From the NCBI GenBank assembly GCA_013213905.1, contig JABSSQ010000001.1, forward strand, positions 54,980 through 118,979: a stretch of DNA of 64,000 nt, read 5' to 3'. Source of the DNA: Verrucomicrobiales bacterium. Its GTDB lineage: Bacteria; Verrucomicrobiota; Verrucomicrobiia; Verrucomicrobiales; DEV007. Below, piece after piece: positions 48,967 through 58,545 of this stretch. Every line of letters starts with the position of its first letter. The stretch's first letter is position 1. Below the pieces are notes generated by a model. It searched no databases. It saw nothing but the letters and a program-made list of their open reading frames with translations, and was not told where the DNA came from. The translations under genes were made by a program, and so were the position numbers.

Positions 48967-49659
48967 ATGAAGATTTTCTCGATTCTCCTGTCGGCCTTTT
49001 TGTTCGTCGGCGCCAACGCAGAGGACAAAGCCGCCACGGTCTTGTTTGACGGATCCAACCTGGACGCGTGGGATTTTGGCGAAGGAGCCTGGGAAATTGA
49101 TAATGAGGGCGCCCTGACCTGCAACATGGAGGAGGTCGTCGATAAGAAGGGAGAAAAGAAGCTCAAGGGAATGGGTTATATCTGGACGAAGCAGGAATTC
49201 GGCGACTTTGAACTGACGCTTTCCTACAAGCTTTCCGAGGGAGCCAACAGCGGTGTCTTCTACCGCGCCGAACGCGACAATGCGGTGAACGGAGGACACG
49301 AGATCCAATTGATGGACAACGAGGGGTTTCAGAAAACTCACGGTGCGAAGGACGATAAGAAACTCCACGGCTCCTTTTATGAAGGTCAGGCGGCTTCCTC
49401 CAATCCGGCCAATCCGGTGGGCGAATGGGACACGTTGAAATTACGCGCCGAAGGTCCTCGCATCGTTTGTCACATCAACGGGGTTGAGGTGTTTGACGTG
49501 AATGTCAATGACTGGCCCGAGGTGGGCAAGAATCCCGACGGCACGGCCAATAAGTTCAAGGTGGCGATCAAGGATAAGCCGATGAAGGGCTATATCGGGC
49601 TGCAGAACCACGGACAGTATGTGTGGTTCAAGGATGTGAAGATCACGCCTTTGAAGTGA
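48967..49659 (+). CDS. Exported DUF1080 (3-keto-disaccharide hydrolase family) protein
   Basis: LFDGSNLDAW, FGDFELTL, ANSGVFY, EIQLMD, GEWD, GYIGLQNHG, FKDVKI. Confidence 0.9.
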   Translation: MKIFSILLSAFLFVGANAEDKAATVLFDGSNLDAWDFGEGAWEIDNEGALTCNMEEVVDKKGEKKLKGMGYIWTKQEFGDFELTLSYKLSEGANSGVFYRAERDNAVNGGHEIQLMDNEGFQKTHGAKDDKKLHGSFYEGQAASSNPANPVGEWDTLKLRAEGPRIVCHINGVEVFDVNVNDWPEVGKNPDGTANKFKVAIKDKPMKGYIGLQNHGQYVWFKDVKITPLK

Positions 49660-49683
49660 GTATCTTTCTCTGTCGTCCGCAGC

Positions 49684-49816
49684 GGTCAGGCAGGAGCCTG
49701 CCCCTCCACGTCGTGTGGGATAATGGAGGGTCGAGTTCCACCTCGACCGCGAGACGCACTCAACTCCAAACGGTCGCGCCAGAGCCCAATGGAGGGTCGA
49801 GTTCCACCTCGACCGC
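49684..49816. repeat. REP-like cluster: one reverse copy (49684-49708) and two identical 29-bp direct copies (49722-49750, 49788-49816)
   Basis: AATGGAGGGTCGAGTTCCACCTCGACCGC occurs twice with a 37-bp spacer; same TGGAG + hairpin architecture as the 19251 array. Confidence 0.8.
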
Positions 49817-49837
49817 TAGTTGGATGTGTTCGACAAT

Positions 49838-50536
49838 CTAAGCTTCCTCCTCGGGCTCCATCTTTCTCCTCGCCCAGGGCAGCAGCGTCTTGGCTGCCCA
49901 CGATCCGACGGTGAACATGCCGTCGAGGTAGGCGGTGCTGGACGCTCCCATGACGCGCTCGACGCCGACGCGTTCGTCGAGATTGCGGAAGATTTTGAGT
50001 TTTTCGAGTTCCTTCTTGGCGCGCTCACCGGCATCCAACTCGGTGGGGATGGTGGCCAGGTTCCAGAAACTGATGAGGGACCAGGCAAGAAGGACGAGCG
50101 GGAAGACGGTTTTTGTCATTCCCATGCCGAGCGTGGCGAGTCCGATGATGAGTAGCGGAATGCTCAGGTAAACTGTCCAGCGAATGGCTGTGGCCCTCCA
50201 GAAGAGAGGCCGGTGTCCCTCGTGATGCTGAATGGCTTTGCCGGCTTGCTGGGCGGCGAGGGCCAGGGAAGGGAAATTGGTTCCACTGTAATGCCAGGGG
50301 GAGAGGGTAATTTCCCGCTTCTCGGGGGAATAGAAATCATCAATGAGCCCGCGGCTCTCCTTTACCGCCACTCCCTCAACGCCGCGTTGCTTCAGGATCT
50401 GCTCTGCCAGCTGAGCGCCGGTGATCCGCGAAGGCAGGGAGTTCTCGACTTCCTGCCCGTAGATTTTCTGGAAACGACTGCGGCCCCACATGGTGACAGC
50501 GAGGGCGATAGCGAATATGAACAGAAAGATCTGCAT
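49838..50536 (-). CDS. YugP / Zn_peptidase_2-family membrane protein with degenerate HExxH
   Basis: ITGAQLAEQIL, DDFYSPEKREITLS, LAAQQAGKAIQH, IPTELDAGERA, STAYL. Start set at ATG 50536. Confidence 0.8.
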   Translation of the reverse strand: MQIFLFIFAIALAVTMWGRSRFQKIYGQEVENSLPSRITGAQLAEQILKQRGVEGVAVKESRGLIDDFYSPEKREITLSPWHYSGTNFPSLALAAQQAGKAIQHHEGHRPLFWRATAIRWTVYLSIPLLIIGLATLGMGMTKTVFPLVLLAWSLISFWNLATIPTELDAGERAKKELEKLKIFRNLDERVGVERVMGASSTAYLDGMFTVGSWAAKTLLPWARRKMEPEEEA

Positions 50537-50610
50537 GCTGAAGCAAGGTCGCACGAAGGCGAGACAGGAGCAAGCCACAGGCCTCCGTAGCCTGAATGCG
50601 TGAACCGGGG

Positions 50611-51060
50611 TCAGGGCTTCAGTCGAACCGGCTTGTCCCTGTCGGGAAGGGTGACTTTGCAGCTTTTGTAGGTCCAGACTCCTCCGGATTTTTCACCGAA
50701 CACGCTGACGGTGGCTTTGCCGCTCGGGCCCGAAATGGAGTATTCGAGATCTGCGCTGCCTGAATCGTTGGAAGAATTGAAGCTGCCGGTGAGAAAGAAT
50801 CCGGGTTTGATAGGTTCGCCAAGACTCTCGATCACGGCAGGATGCTGCTTCGCTGCCGCGAGTGAATCCCGGTAGGGATCCGAGGATTTCATCATGTTGG
50901 AGATGAAATAGATAAAGCTGCCGATGCCAACCACAAAAAGGAGGCCCATGATGAGGCAGCCGCAGCCCATCAGGCTGACTCCTTTGCCGTACGACGAATT
51001 GCTCGTGACGGCGGAATGTGGCGAATTCGAGGAACCGGATGGCACACGGTATTTGTCCAT
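50611..51060 (-). CDS. Coa1-like (cytochrome oxidase assembly factor 1 family) membrane-anchored protein
   Basis: GCGC-TM, SSDPYRDSL...HPAVIESLGEPI, SISGPSGKATV...GVWTY. Confidence 0.7.
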   Translation of the reverse strand: MDKYRVPSGSSNSPHSAVTSNSSYGKGVSLMGCGCLIMGLLFVVGIGSFIYFISNMMKSSDPYRDSLAAAKQHPAVIESLGEPIKPGFFLTGSFNSSNDSGSADLEYSISGPSGKATVSVFGEKSGGVWTYKSCKVTLPDRDKPVRLKP

Positions 51061-51145
51061 GACCAGAGAGTGACAAGTCCACCGCGGTCGGGCAACCCAA
51101 AGCATCGCTGTTTGCGCGAGCCCGATTCTTCAGCGACACATATCT

Positions 51146-51934
51146 ATGGCCACAGAGCAGAGGGATTCCAACATGGCGATTTTCGCCGACTTTGAAAACG
51201 TGGCGATCGGGGCGGATCAGGCGAAATACGACAAGTTCGATATTGGCAAGGTCATTGAGCGGGTCCTCGTGAAAGGGAATGTCGTCGTGCGCAAAGCCTA
51301 TTGCGACTGGAGCCGATACGAGAAGTTCAAGCGTTCCATGCACGAAGCGAATTTCGAACTCATCGATATTCCCCACGTGCGTCAGTCCGGCAAGAACTCC
51401 GCGGATATTCGCATGGTGGTTGATGCCCTCGACCTTTGTTACACGAAGCCGCACATCGACACGTTTGTGGTGATCAGTGGTGACTCGGATTTCTCCCCGC
51501 TGGTCAGCAAGTTGCGCGAGAACAACAAGATCGTCATTGGGGTGGGGGTGAAGCGCTCCACCTCTGAGCTCTTCGTGGCGAACTGTGACGAGTTCATCTT
51601 CTATGACGACCTGGTTCGCAAAAAAGCACCGAGGAAGTCAAAGCAGCCTCAGAAGAAGACAGCCAAGGCGGACGCCGGTGCTCAGAAGAAGGATGAAGCC
51701 GTCGACCTCGTCCTTGAGACCCTGGAGACGATCCTGGAGAACAAAGGGGGTGACGATCTGGTCTGGGGTTCCATGATCAAACAGGCGATCAAACGCCGGA
51801 AACCCGGCTTCAACGAGAGCTATTTCGGGTTTCGCGGCTTCAATTCCCTGCTCGAGGAGGCGAGGGAGCGGGGATTGCTCGAGCTCCAGCCTGACGAGAA
51901 ATCAGGCGGCTACCTCGTCAAGGCGGTCGAATAG
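51146..51934 (+). CDS. NYN-domain (PIN-like, LabA/DUF88) protein with C-terminal LOTUS/OST-HTH
   Basis: FADFENV, KNSADIRMVVDA, ISGDSDFSPLV, FNESYFGFRGFNSLL. Confidence 0.88.
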   Translation: MATEQRDSNMAIFADFENVAIGADQAKYDKFDIGKVIERVLVKGNVVVRKAYCDWSRYEKFKRSMHEANFELIDIPHVRQSGKNSADIRMVVDALDLCYTKPHIDTFVVISGDSDFSPLVSKLRENNKIVIGVGVKRSTSELFVANCDEFIFYDDLVRKKAPRKSKQPQKKTAKADAGAQKKDEAVDLVLETLETILENKGGDDLVWGSMIKQAIKRRKPGFNESYFGFRGFNSLLEEARERGLLELQPDEKSGGYLVKAVE

Positions 51935-52218
51935 GCGCGAGCTCTGGAAGGCCCTGAGAAATGTGACGAATTGGTTGTTTTGGACGAAATTGCCAGGATC
52001 CGGAAACTGTCAGATTTTTGTGTAGATTGCTTATCTTTAGGGGATTGAGGTACTGATTTTGAGGAATTGATCGGTTCGAATGTGACAGGATTGATACCGT
52101 CAGCGATTTGATGAGTTAGGGCTGAGACCGCAATGTCGCGTGTGCTCGGGAGGGATTGGCCAAAACGGCTGAAGAGTCCTGGGCGCACAACACAAACCCA
52201 ACTCTGAACAAACAATTG

Positions 52219-53031
52219 ATGAAAAAATCACTCGCAATCCTTGCTCTTGCTGCCCTCGCTGCTGGAGTTAATGCAGAAGACAAGATCGTGATCAAGGGTT
52301 CTGACACCCTCGGCGCTAAGATGGTTCCTCAGCTTGCTGAGCTCTACAAAGAAGCTGGCAACGAGATTTCTTTCGAAATCGCTGCTGAAGGTTCTTCTAC
52401 CGCCTTCACTCATCTCCAGGCTTCTCCTGCTGACGTGGGTATGTCCAGCCGTAACGTGAAGGACTCCGAAATCGAGGCTTTCACCGCTAAGGGCATGGAG
52501 CTCAAGGACTGGACGGCTGCTTACGACATGATCGGCGTGGTCGTGAACGAGAAGAGCGGCATCGAAGAGCTCACTCTTGAGCAGGTTGAAGGTATCTTCA
52601 CCGGTGACATCACCGACTGGAGCGAAGTTGGCGGTGACGCTGGCCCGATTTCCGTTTACACCCGCAACACCTCCTCCGGTACTTACAAGTCCTTCCAGGA
52701 AATGGCAATGCAGAAGCGTGACTACGGTGCCGACACTCAGAAGATGGCCGGTAACGAGCAGATCGCTGAGGAAGTTGCCAAGAATGCAAACGGCATTGGC
52801 TATGTTGGTCTTGCCTACTGCGAGAAAGACGGAATCAAGCCGATCGCCGTTGACGGTGTTGAGCTTGAGCCCAAGAACGCCAAGGAATACCCGATCGCCC
52901 GTAGCCTTCACTACTACACCGTGAACGGTAAACTCTCCGAGGCTGCTACCAAGTTCCTCGTCTGGGCAACCACTGACGAGAAGGCCGCTGAGGTCGTTGA
53001 GCGTGTGGGCTTTATCCCCGCTTCTGAGTAA
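52219..53031 (+). CDS. pstS: Phosphate ABC transporter substrate-binding protein
   Basis: IKGSDT, GSSTA, MSSR, RNTSSGTY, YPIARSLHYY; start set at ATG 52219. Confidence 0.92.
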   Translation: MKKSLAILALAALAAGVNAEDKIVIKGSDTLGAKMVPQLAELYKEAGNEISFEIAAEGSSTAFTHLQASPADVGMSSRNVKDSEIEAFTAKGMELKDWTAAYDMIGVVVNEKSGIEELTLEQVEGIFTGDITDWSEVGGDAGPISVYTRNTSSGTYKSFQEMAMQKRDYGADTQKMAGNEQIAEEVAKNANGIGYVGLAYCEKDGIKPIAVDGVELEPKNAKEYPIARSLHYYTVNGKLSEAATKFLVWATTDEKAAEVVERVGFIPASE

Positions 53032-53091
53032 TTTGACTCCCACTCGGGATGCTCCGTTCCAGGAGCGGTGCATCCCCACAGTTTAAGGACT

Positions 53092-53118
53092 GGCCTGGCG
53101 AATTTTCGCCGGGCCTTT
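53092..53118 (+). terminator. Hairpin/terminator between pstS and pstC
   Basis: GGCCTGGCGAA-TT-TTCGCCGGGCC followed by TTT. Confidence 0.6.
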
Positions 53119-53258
53119 GCCGTTTTGAGGAGGCATCGACTGAGGTGCAAGGGGGTGACTGAATCGTCACCCATTCCATGAGGAAATTTCTCGATCTTGA
53201 TTCCTAGTAATCTTGCCTTTAGAAATACCGGCGAACGCACAAACACCGCCATCCTTAG

Positions 53259-55343
53259 ATGAGCCTGAACGACGAGAAAAAGACCCCAGAGAATGAGAAA
53301 GACGGCCGCGTCGTCTTTCGCCGCAAGGGCTTCCAGTTCCTCGGAATGGGACTGCAGGACTACATTCGCGTGTTCTTCGGCGGAAACGCCAGCCTCGCGA
53401 TCATCGTTCTGATCCTGATTTGTCTCTTTCTCCTGCGTGAGGCGGCCATGTTTTTCCCTGATCATCACCAGGGACTGAAGTCTTATCGCCAGGGTGGCCA
53501 GGAGCTCGTCGGATATGTCTCCGACGAAGTTGACGCTCACACGAAAGTCTACAGCAGTGCGAATATTGCCTATTTCGCCGAGGTCGGGCGCACTTCGATT
53601 CACGAGGACAAGCAACTGCGTGCCTACCGCACCGTACTCGCCAATGTGGAGCAATCGACCAAGTACACCTGGGCTCGCCTTGAGCGCTACCTGGACGAGG
53701 CTGAGGATCTGAACGACGATGTCGAGGATCTCCGCGAAGACATTGAAGAGGCTTCTGCAGATGCCGAAGCGGACGCTGAAGACCTGAAAAAGGACCAGGC
53801 TGAACTGGCAGAAATTGAGGCTCGATTGAAGCAGTTGGAGCCCTTGATCGCCAAAGAGCGTGAACAACTTGAGAAGGAGGTCCAAACCGCGCTCGGGACA
53901 AGCCGTGTCTGGGACCTCGACATCGCTGCGAGGGGATTGAGCGACGAAGAGCTTTCCATGGTGCGCGAAGCGGTTGTTTTCGAAGCGTATCCCGATGCCG
54001 AGGATGAGCATGAGTCCATCCAAAATTTGAAGCAGGTGAGCCGGGATAAGAAGGCCGCCGAAGCTGAGCGACTGGCCGATTTCAAGGAGACGCTCAACGG
54101 AATTCGGGATTCGATCCGCCCGATGAAGAGCCTCTACGGAGAGATGAAGGACATTTCCGTCGCAAACCGGCGCGAAATTGATGCTTTCTCCACAGCGCCT
54201 GCCCGACGGGCGGCATTGCTCGCCGGCGTCGAACAAACCGATGATCCGGCGGAGAAGGAGCGCATGCAGAAGCAGGCGGATGAAGTCGTCATCGTTGAGC
54301 CTGATTACGATGCCATTAATGAGCCGCTCTACGCGTTGGTGCCTCAGCATGGGGAACTGGCAGGTCCCCTCCAGGATGAGATGAACAAGCTTTTCCGCCA
54401 GCTGCCGCAGGAGGTGGAAACCAAGAGTGCTCGCGAGAACATGAAGCGAGCTGCGGTTTACTATGAGCGCTTCGATAATACCGTCACGAACAACCGGGAT
54501 CGCATCCTTGATTGGCGGCACGACGCTCCACTTTCACTTTGGACTTCCACCACTTCCTTTATGTTTGGAAAGCACTGGATCACCAACAGTTCCTGGCACG
54601 ATTTCTACGGACTCCTTCCGCTTTTCACCGGCTCGCTGCTGATTTCGATCATTGCGCTGACGGTTTCGGTTCCGTTCGCAGTCGCTGCGGCGATTTATGT
54701 GAACCAGATCGCTCGATTCAAGGAACAGAGTTTCGTGAAGCCGGCGATTGAGTTCATCGGTGCGATTCCTTCAGTGGTGCTCGGTTTCTTCGGAATCCTC
54801 GTGTTCGGGGAAGCCTTGAGAAATATCAGCCAATTGGAATGGCTGCAGTGGGTTCCCGGTTTCCCGATGGCGGAGCGTCTCACGATCCTGAATGCGGGGT
54901 TGCTCCTGGCCTTCATGGCCGTGCCGACGATTTTCACCCTGACGGAGGATGCCCTCAACAATGTGCCTGCCGCGTTCAGCGAGAACTCTCTCGCATTGGG
55001 CGCGACCAAGCTTCAAACGGTTTTCCGAGTGATCGTACCAACGGCAGTGTCGGGAATTATCGCAGCGATTCTGCTCGGTTTTGGGCGCATCATCGGTGAG
55101 ACGATGGTGGTGCTGTTGGTGGCAGGAAATAAGATCAAGATTCCCGACTTCACCGAAGGCCTCGGAGTGGTGGCTCAGCCGGCGCATACCATGACGGGAA
55201 TTATCGCCCAGGAGCTGGGCGAGGTGGACAGCGGCTCTCTCCACTGGCGCGCGCTGTTCATGGTGGGAATGGTGCTTTTCGTCATCTCACTCCTGGTGAA
55301 CTGGGCTGCCCAGAGAACTCTCAAGCGTTTGCAGAAAATCTAA
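53259..55343 (+). CDS. pstC: Phosphate ABC permease PstC with a large helical insertion after TM1
   Basis: C-terminal half has [50 protein letters not shown]. Confidence 0.9.
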   Translation: MSLNDEKKTPENEKDGRVVFRRKGFQFLGMGLQDYIRVFFGGNASLAIIVLILICLFLLREAAMFFPDHHQGLKSYRQGGQELVGYVSDEVDAHTKVYSSANIAYFAEVGRTSIHEDKQLRAYRTVLANVEQSTKYTWARLERYLDEAEDLNDDVEDLREDIEEASADAEADAEDLKKDQAELAEIEARLKQLEPLIAKEREQLEKEVQTALGTSRVWDLDIAARGLSDEELSMVREAVVFEAYPDAEDEHESIQNLKQVSRDKKAAEAERLADFKETLNGIRDSIRPMKSLYGEMKDISVANRREIDAFSTAPARRAALLAGVEQTDDPAEKERMQKQADEVVIVEPDYDAINEPLYALVPQHGELAGPLQDEMNKLFRQLPQEVETKSARENMKRAAVYYERFDNTVTNNRDRILDWRHDAPLSLWTSTTSFMFGKHWITNSSWHDFYGLLPLFTGSLLISIIALTVSVPFAVAAAIYVNQIARFKEQSFVKPAIEFIGAIPSVVLGFFGILVFGEALRNISQLEWLQWVPGFPMAERLTILNAGLLLAFMAVPTIFTLTEDALNNVPAAFSENSLALGATKLQTVFRVIVPTAVSGIIAAILLGFGRIIGETMVVLLVAGNKIKIPDFTEGLGVVAQPAHTMTGIIAQELGEVDSGSLHWRALFMVGMVLFVISLLVNWAAQRTLKRLQKI

Positions 55344-55370
55344 GAACACCATTCTCAATTTTTGAAGCAC

Positions 55371-56561
55371 ATGCACGACATCGCAAAAGATCAGCCGGTC
55401 AAGAAAGGGCAGAACCCCTTTGCTACGAAGGCTGTTAAGTTGAAGCGCCGGGATCGTACGATTTCCGTCGCGTTGGGAGCGGCCACTTATTTCATTCTCG
55501 CCTGCACTCTCTACATCTTTGCCGATATTACCTTTAAGGGGATTCCGGTGGTCTTCAAAACCGAGGCTCCTTTTGTGAATTTCGAATTCTTCACTAAGAG
55601 TCCGGAAACCCTGATGACTTTCGAGACCGAAGGCGGGGAAACCTACAAGATGAACTTCAGCGAGTATTCGCAGTTCAAGCGGGATAGTCCGGACGTCAAC
55701 ATTGTGGAGGAGCACTCCCACGCTTATTCCGGTGGGGGCATTTTCGGCCCTCTCGTTGGAACCGCCCTGCTGACGATCATCTGTATTACGGTGGCTCTTT
55801 TTGTCGGTCTGGCGACGGCGATCTTTTTGAATGAATACGCAACGAAGGGTCGCTTCATGGACTCCATTCGACTGGCTATCATGAACCTCGCCGGGGTGCC
55901 TTCGATCGTGTTCGGCCTCTTCGGTCTCATGTTTTTCTGTCTCTTTATCCCGGTGGTGACGAGCGAACCGCTCGAGCGTTCTTTCCTCGCGATTCCTTTG
56001 GGCGGGGGCAGCTACTTCTCTTTCGAAGGGTGGGGGACCTGCATGCTGGCCGGTGGCTTTACCCTCGCAGTGATGATTCTCCCCGTGGTGATTGCCGCCT
56101 GTGAGGAATCGCTGAAAGCGATTCCGATGGGATTTCGCGAAGCATCCCTGGCGCTGGGAGCGACCAAGTGGCAGACGATTTCCAAGGCAGTGCTCCCCTA
56201 CGCTTTCCCGGGCATGTTGACGGCTTCGATCCTCGGAATCACCCGTGTGGCCGGTGAGACAGCACCGATCATGTTTACCGCGGCACTGGCTCATAAAGAT
56301 AAGCTTCCGTGGCAGGATGTGCCCACGACGCCGGGCTCCAATTTTGTTGCTCAGGCCGCGGAGTGGGGCACAGGTTTCCTGTCCCAGTCTGTTCAGGCCA
56401 TGCCTTACCACATTTACACGGTGGCTGCCCGGATTCCTCAATCGGAATACACCAAGCCGATGCAATACGGATCCGTTTTTGTCTTTATGGTGCTTGTGAT
56501 GACTTTCGCAGCCCTGTCGATTTTCCTGAGAATTCGCTATCGGAAGAAGCTCAAATGGTGA
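55371..56561 (+). CDS. pstA: Phosphate ABC permease PstA
   Basis: [51 protein letters not shown]. Confidence 0.92.
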   Translation: MHDIAKDQPVKKGQNPFATKAVKLKRRDRTISVALGAATYFILACTLYIFADITFKGIPVVFKTEAPFVNFEFFTKSPETLMTFETEGGETYKMNFSEYSQFKRDSPDVNIVEEHSHAYSGGGIFGPLVGTALLTIICITVALFVGLATAIFLNEYATKGRFMDSIRLAIMNLAGVPSIVFGLFGLMFFCLFIPVVTSEPLERSFLAIPLGGGSYFSFEGWGTCMLAGGFTLAVMILPVVIAACEESLKAIPMGFREASLALGATKWQTISKAVLPYAFPGMLTASILGITRVAGETAPIMFTAALAHKDKLPWQDVPTTPGSNFVAQAAEWGTGFLSQSVQAMPYHIYTVAARIPQSEYTKPMQYGSVFVFMVLVMTFAALSIFLRIRYRKKLKW

Positions 56562-56628
56562 TAAGAAAAACCCGCGAGCGAAACCGGGGTAGCCGATACG
56601 ATTCAGCTAAACTTACCCTAGCTCCAAG

Positions 56629-57483
56629 ATGAAAACCTACATGTCGGATCAAGAAGACCAGATGACCCTAGAGCCCCAGGGAGAGGATGCGCCAGTGCAA
56701 GACCAGTCTGCAGTCGACGCTCTGGAAACAGTCATCGAGGTAGATCACGTCAACTTTGCCTACATTCCGGGGACGGATGTTCTCAAGGATATTTCCATGA
56801 ACATCAACAAGGGCGAGGTGACGGCGTTCATCGGGCCCTCCGGTTGCGGTAAGTCCACGCTTCTGCGCTGCCTGAACCGGATGAATGACCTCATTCCGAA
56901 GGCCGGGTTGACCCAGGGCGAAATCCGGATTCTCGGAACGGACATCTATCATCCCGAGGTTGACGTGATCGAGTTGCGCAAGCACGTCGGAATGGTTTTC
57001 CAGAAGTACAATCCTTTCCCGAAGAGCATTTACGAGAACGTGGCTTACGGACTCCGTATCCAGGGAGTGAACCGCAAGTCGGTGCTCGATGAAGCGGTCG
57101 AATCGAGCCTCAAGCTCGCAGGTCTCTGGGACGAGGTGAAGGACCGACTCGACTCAAGTGGCCTCGGACTCTCCGGCGGTCAGCAGCAGCGCCTTTGTAT
57201 TGCGCGTACTATTGCGGTGCAGCCAAAGATCATCCTGATGGACGAGCCCTGTTCGGCGCTCGATCCGATTTCCACCACGATCATTGAGGAACTCATCACC
57301 CAGTTGAAGCAGGAATTCACCATCGTGATCGTGACTCACAACATGCAGCAGGCGACCCGCGTTTCCGATCGCACCGCCTACTTCTATCTCGGTGAGCTCA
57401 TCGAGATGGACGTAACGACCAAGATTTTTACCAACCCTTCCCAGCAGAAGACGGAGGAATACATATCTGGCCGATTCGGTTAA
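56629..57483 (+). CDS. pstB: Phosphate ABC ATP-binding protein PstB
   Basis: [59 protein letters not shown]; alternative start at 56641. Confidence 0.97.
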   Translation: MKTYMSDQEDQMTLEPQGEDAPVQDQSAVDALETVIEVDHVNFAYIPGTDVLKDISMNINKGEVTAFIGPSGCGKSTLLRCLNRMNDLIPKAGLTQGEIRILGTDIYHPEVDVIELRKHVGMVFQKYNPFPKSIYENVAYGLRIQGVNRKSVLDEAVESSLKLAGLWDEVKDRLDSSGLGLSGGQQQRLCIARTIAVQPKIILMDEPCSALDPISTTIIEELITQLKQEFTIVIVTHNMQQATRVSDRTAYFYLGELIEMDVTTKIFTNPSQQKTEEYISGRFG

Positions 57484-57503
57484 GTTCGGTCCACTCGACT
57501 TTG

Positions 57504-57543
57504 AAACCCGGGCGAGGAGCGACGCTTTTCCCCGGGTTTTTTT
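57504..57543 (+). terminator. Intrinsic terminator after pstB
   Basis: AAACCCGGG / CCCGGGTTT stem followed by a T run. Confidence 0.65.
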
Positions 57544-57587
57544 GTGTCCGGATGCCTGATGAAGAGCCGGGTGGATTCGGCTCCTCT

Positions 57588-58493
57588 TTATTCAGGGAAT
57601 GAGGTGACTGCGAAGACTTCCACGCCCTGAGCCCGGCCTTTGACTTTGTGCACGCCTAGACCCGTTGAATACTTCTGGCTGTTAGGAAGGGCCCGCGCGA
57701 AATCACCGCTCATGAGGACATCATGGGAAACTTCCCGGGTGAGAGACTCGAGCCGGAATGCGAGGTTCACCGGATCGCCAACGAGAGTGAACTCCCCCTG
57801 GCTCATACCGCCGTAGGCGACCTTGCCGGTGTGGAGGGCCACGCCGATCTCGAAACGTTGATTCGTCTGCTCAAAAATGTCGGGACGTTCCTGGTAGATT
57901 TTCTCGGTGCTGGTTTTGAGCGCTTCCGCTGTTCGCATCGCGGCGACGAGGGATTCCTCATCCACCGTCGTCCAGTAGGCGAGCACACTGTCACCGATGA
58001 ACTTGTCGACGGTGCCACCCTCGTTCGCGATGATTTCTTCGCAGTCGGAATACCAACGGCCAATGACTTGGGCGAGGCTGTCGGCATCGATTTCCTCGGA
58101 GAGACGGGTGAAACCCTTGATGTCGCTCACGATGATAATCACCGGGGTGGACCGGATCAGGGCGATGGTGGAGCCGCCCATGTCCTCGGCAGAGGTATCG
58201 ACGCCTGACTCACCGGCCTGCTCAAACTGGAACTCGTGTTCCGCAAAGGTGAGGATGTCTCCAGTGTTCAGTTTCCGCGCCGCAGTGACTCGGGCTCCGT
58301 TGAGGTAGCTGCCGTTGAAACTGCCGAGATCGAAGAGGTAGAGTCCACCATCCTGCTTTCGAATCATGGCGTGACGACGCGAAACCCGGGGATCAGCGAC
58401 GACGACCTGGCACTCGGGGCTGCGGCCAATGATGGAAACCGCGGCAAGGTCGATTTCCTCGCCGGATTCGATGCGTTTGAGAGTGGCGTTCAC
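57588..58493 (-). CDS. FHA-domain class III adenylate cyclase
   Basis: FHA motifs IGRS, VSRRHA and DLGSFNGS; cyclase motifs SDIKGFT, DKFIGDS and LVGDPVNLAFRLE; GTG start. Confidence 0.9.
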   Translation of the reverse strand: MNATLKRIESGEEIDLAAVSIIGRSPECQVVVADPRVSRRHAMIRKQDGGLYLFDLGSFNGSYLNGARVTAARKLNTGDILTFAEHEFQFEQAGESGVDTSAEDMGGSTIALIRSTPVIIIVSDIKGFTRLSEEIDADSLAQVIGRWYSDCEEIIANEGGTVDKFIGDSVLAYWTTVDEESLVAAMRTAEALKTSTEKIYQERPDIFEQTNQRFEIGVALHTGKVAYGGMSQGEFTLVGDPVNLAFRLESLTREVSHDVLMSGDFARALPNSQKYSTGLGVHKVKGRAQGVEVFAVTSFPE

Positions 58494-58545
58494 GTGCGGC
58501 TATGAAACGGTTTTACGGCTCGAACAGCAAGCCATTAACGTCTTA

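Noticed and set aside
51935-52218. Pho box upstream of pstS
   Set aside because: Only isolated CTGTCA hexamers (one per strand) are present, not the 11-bp-periodic direct repeats required.
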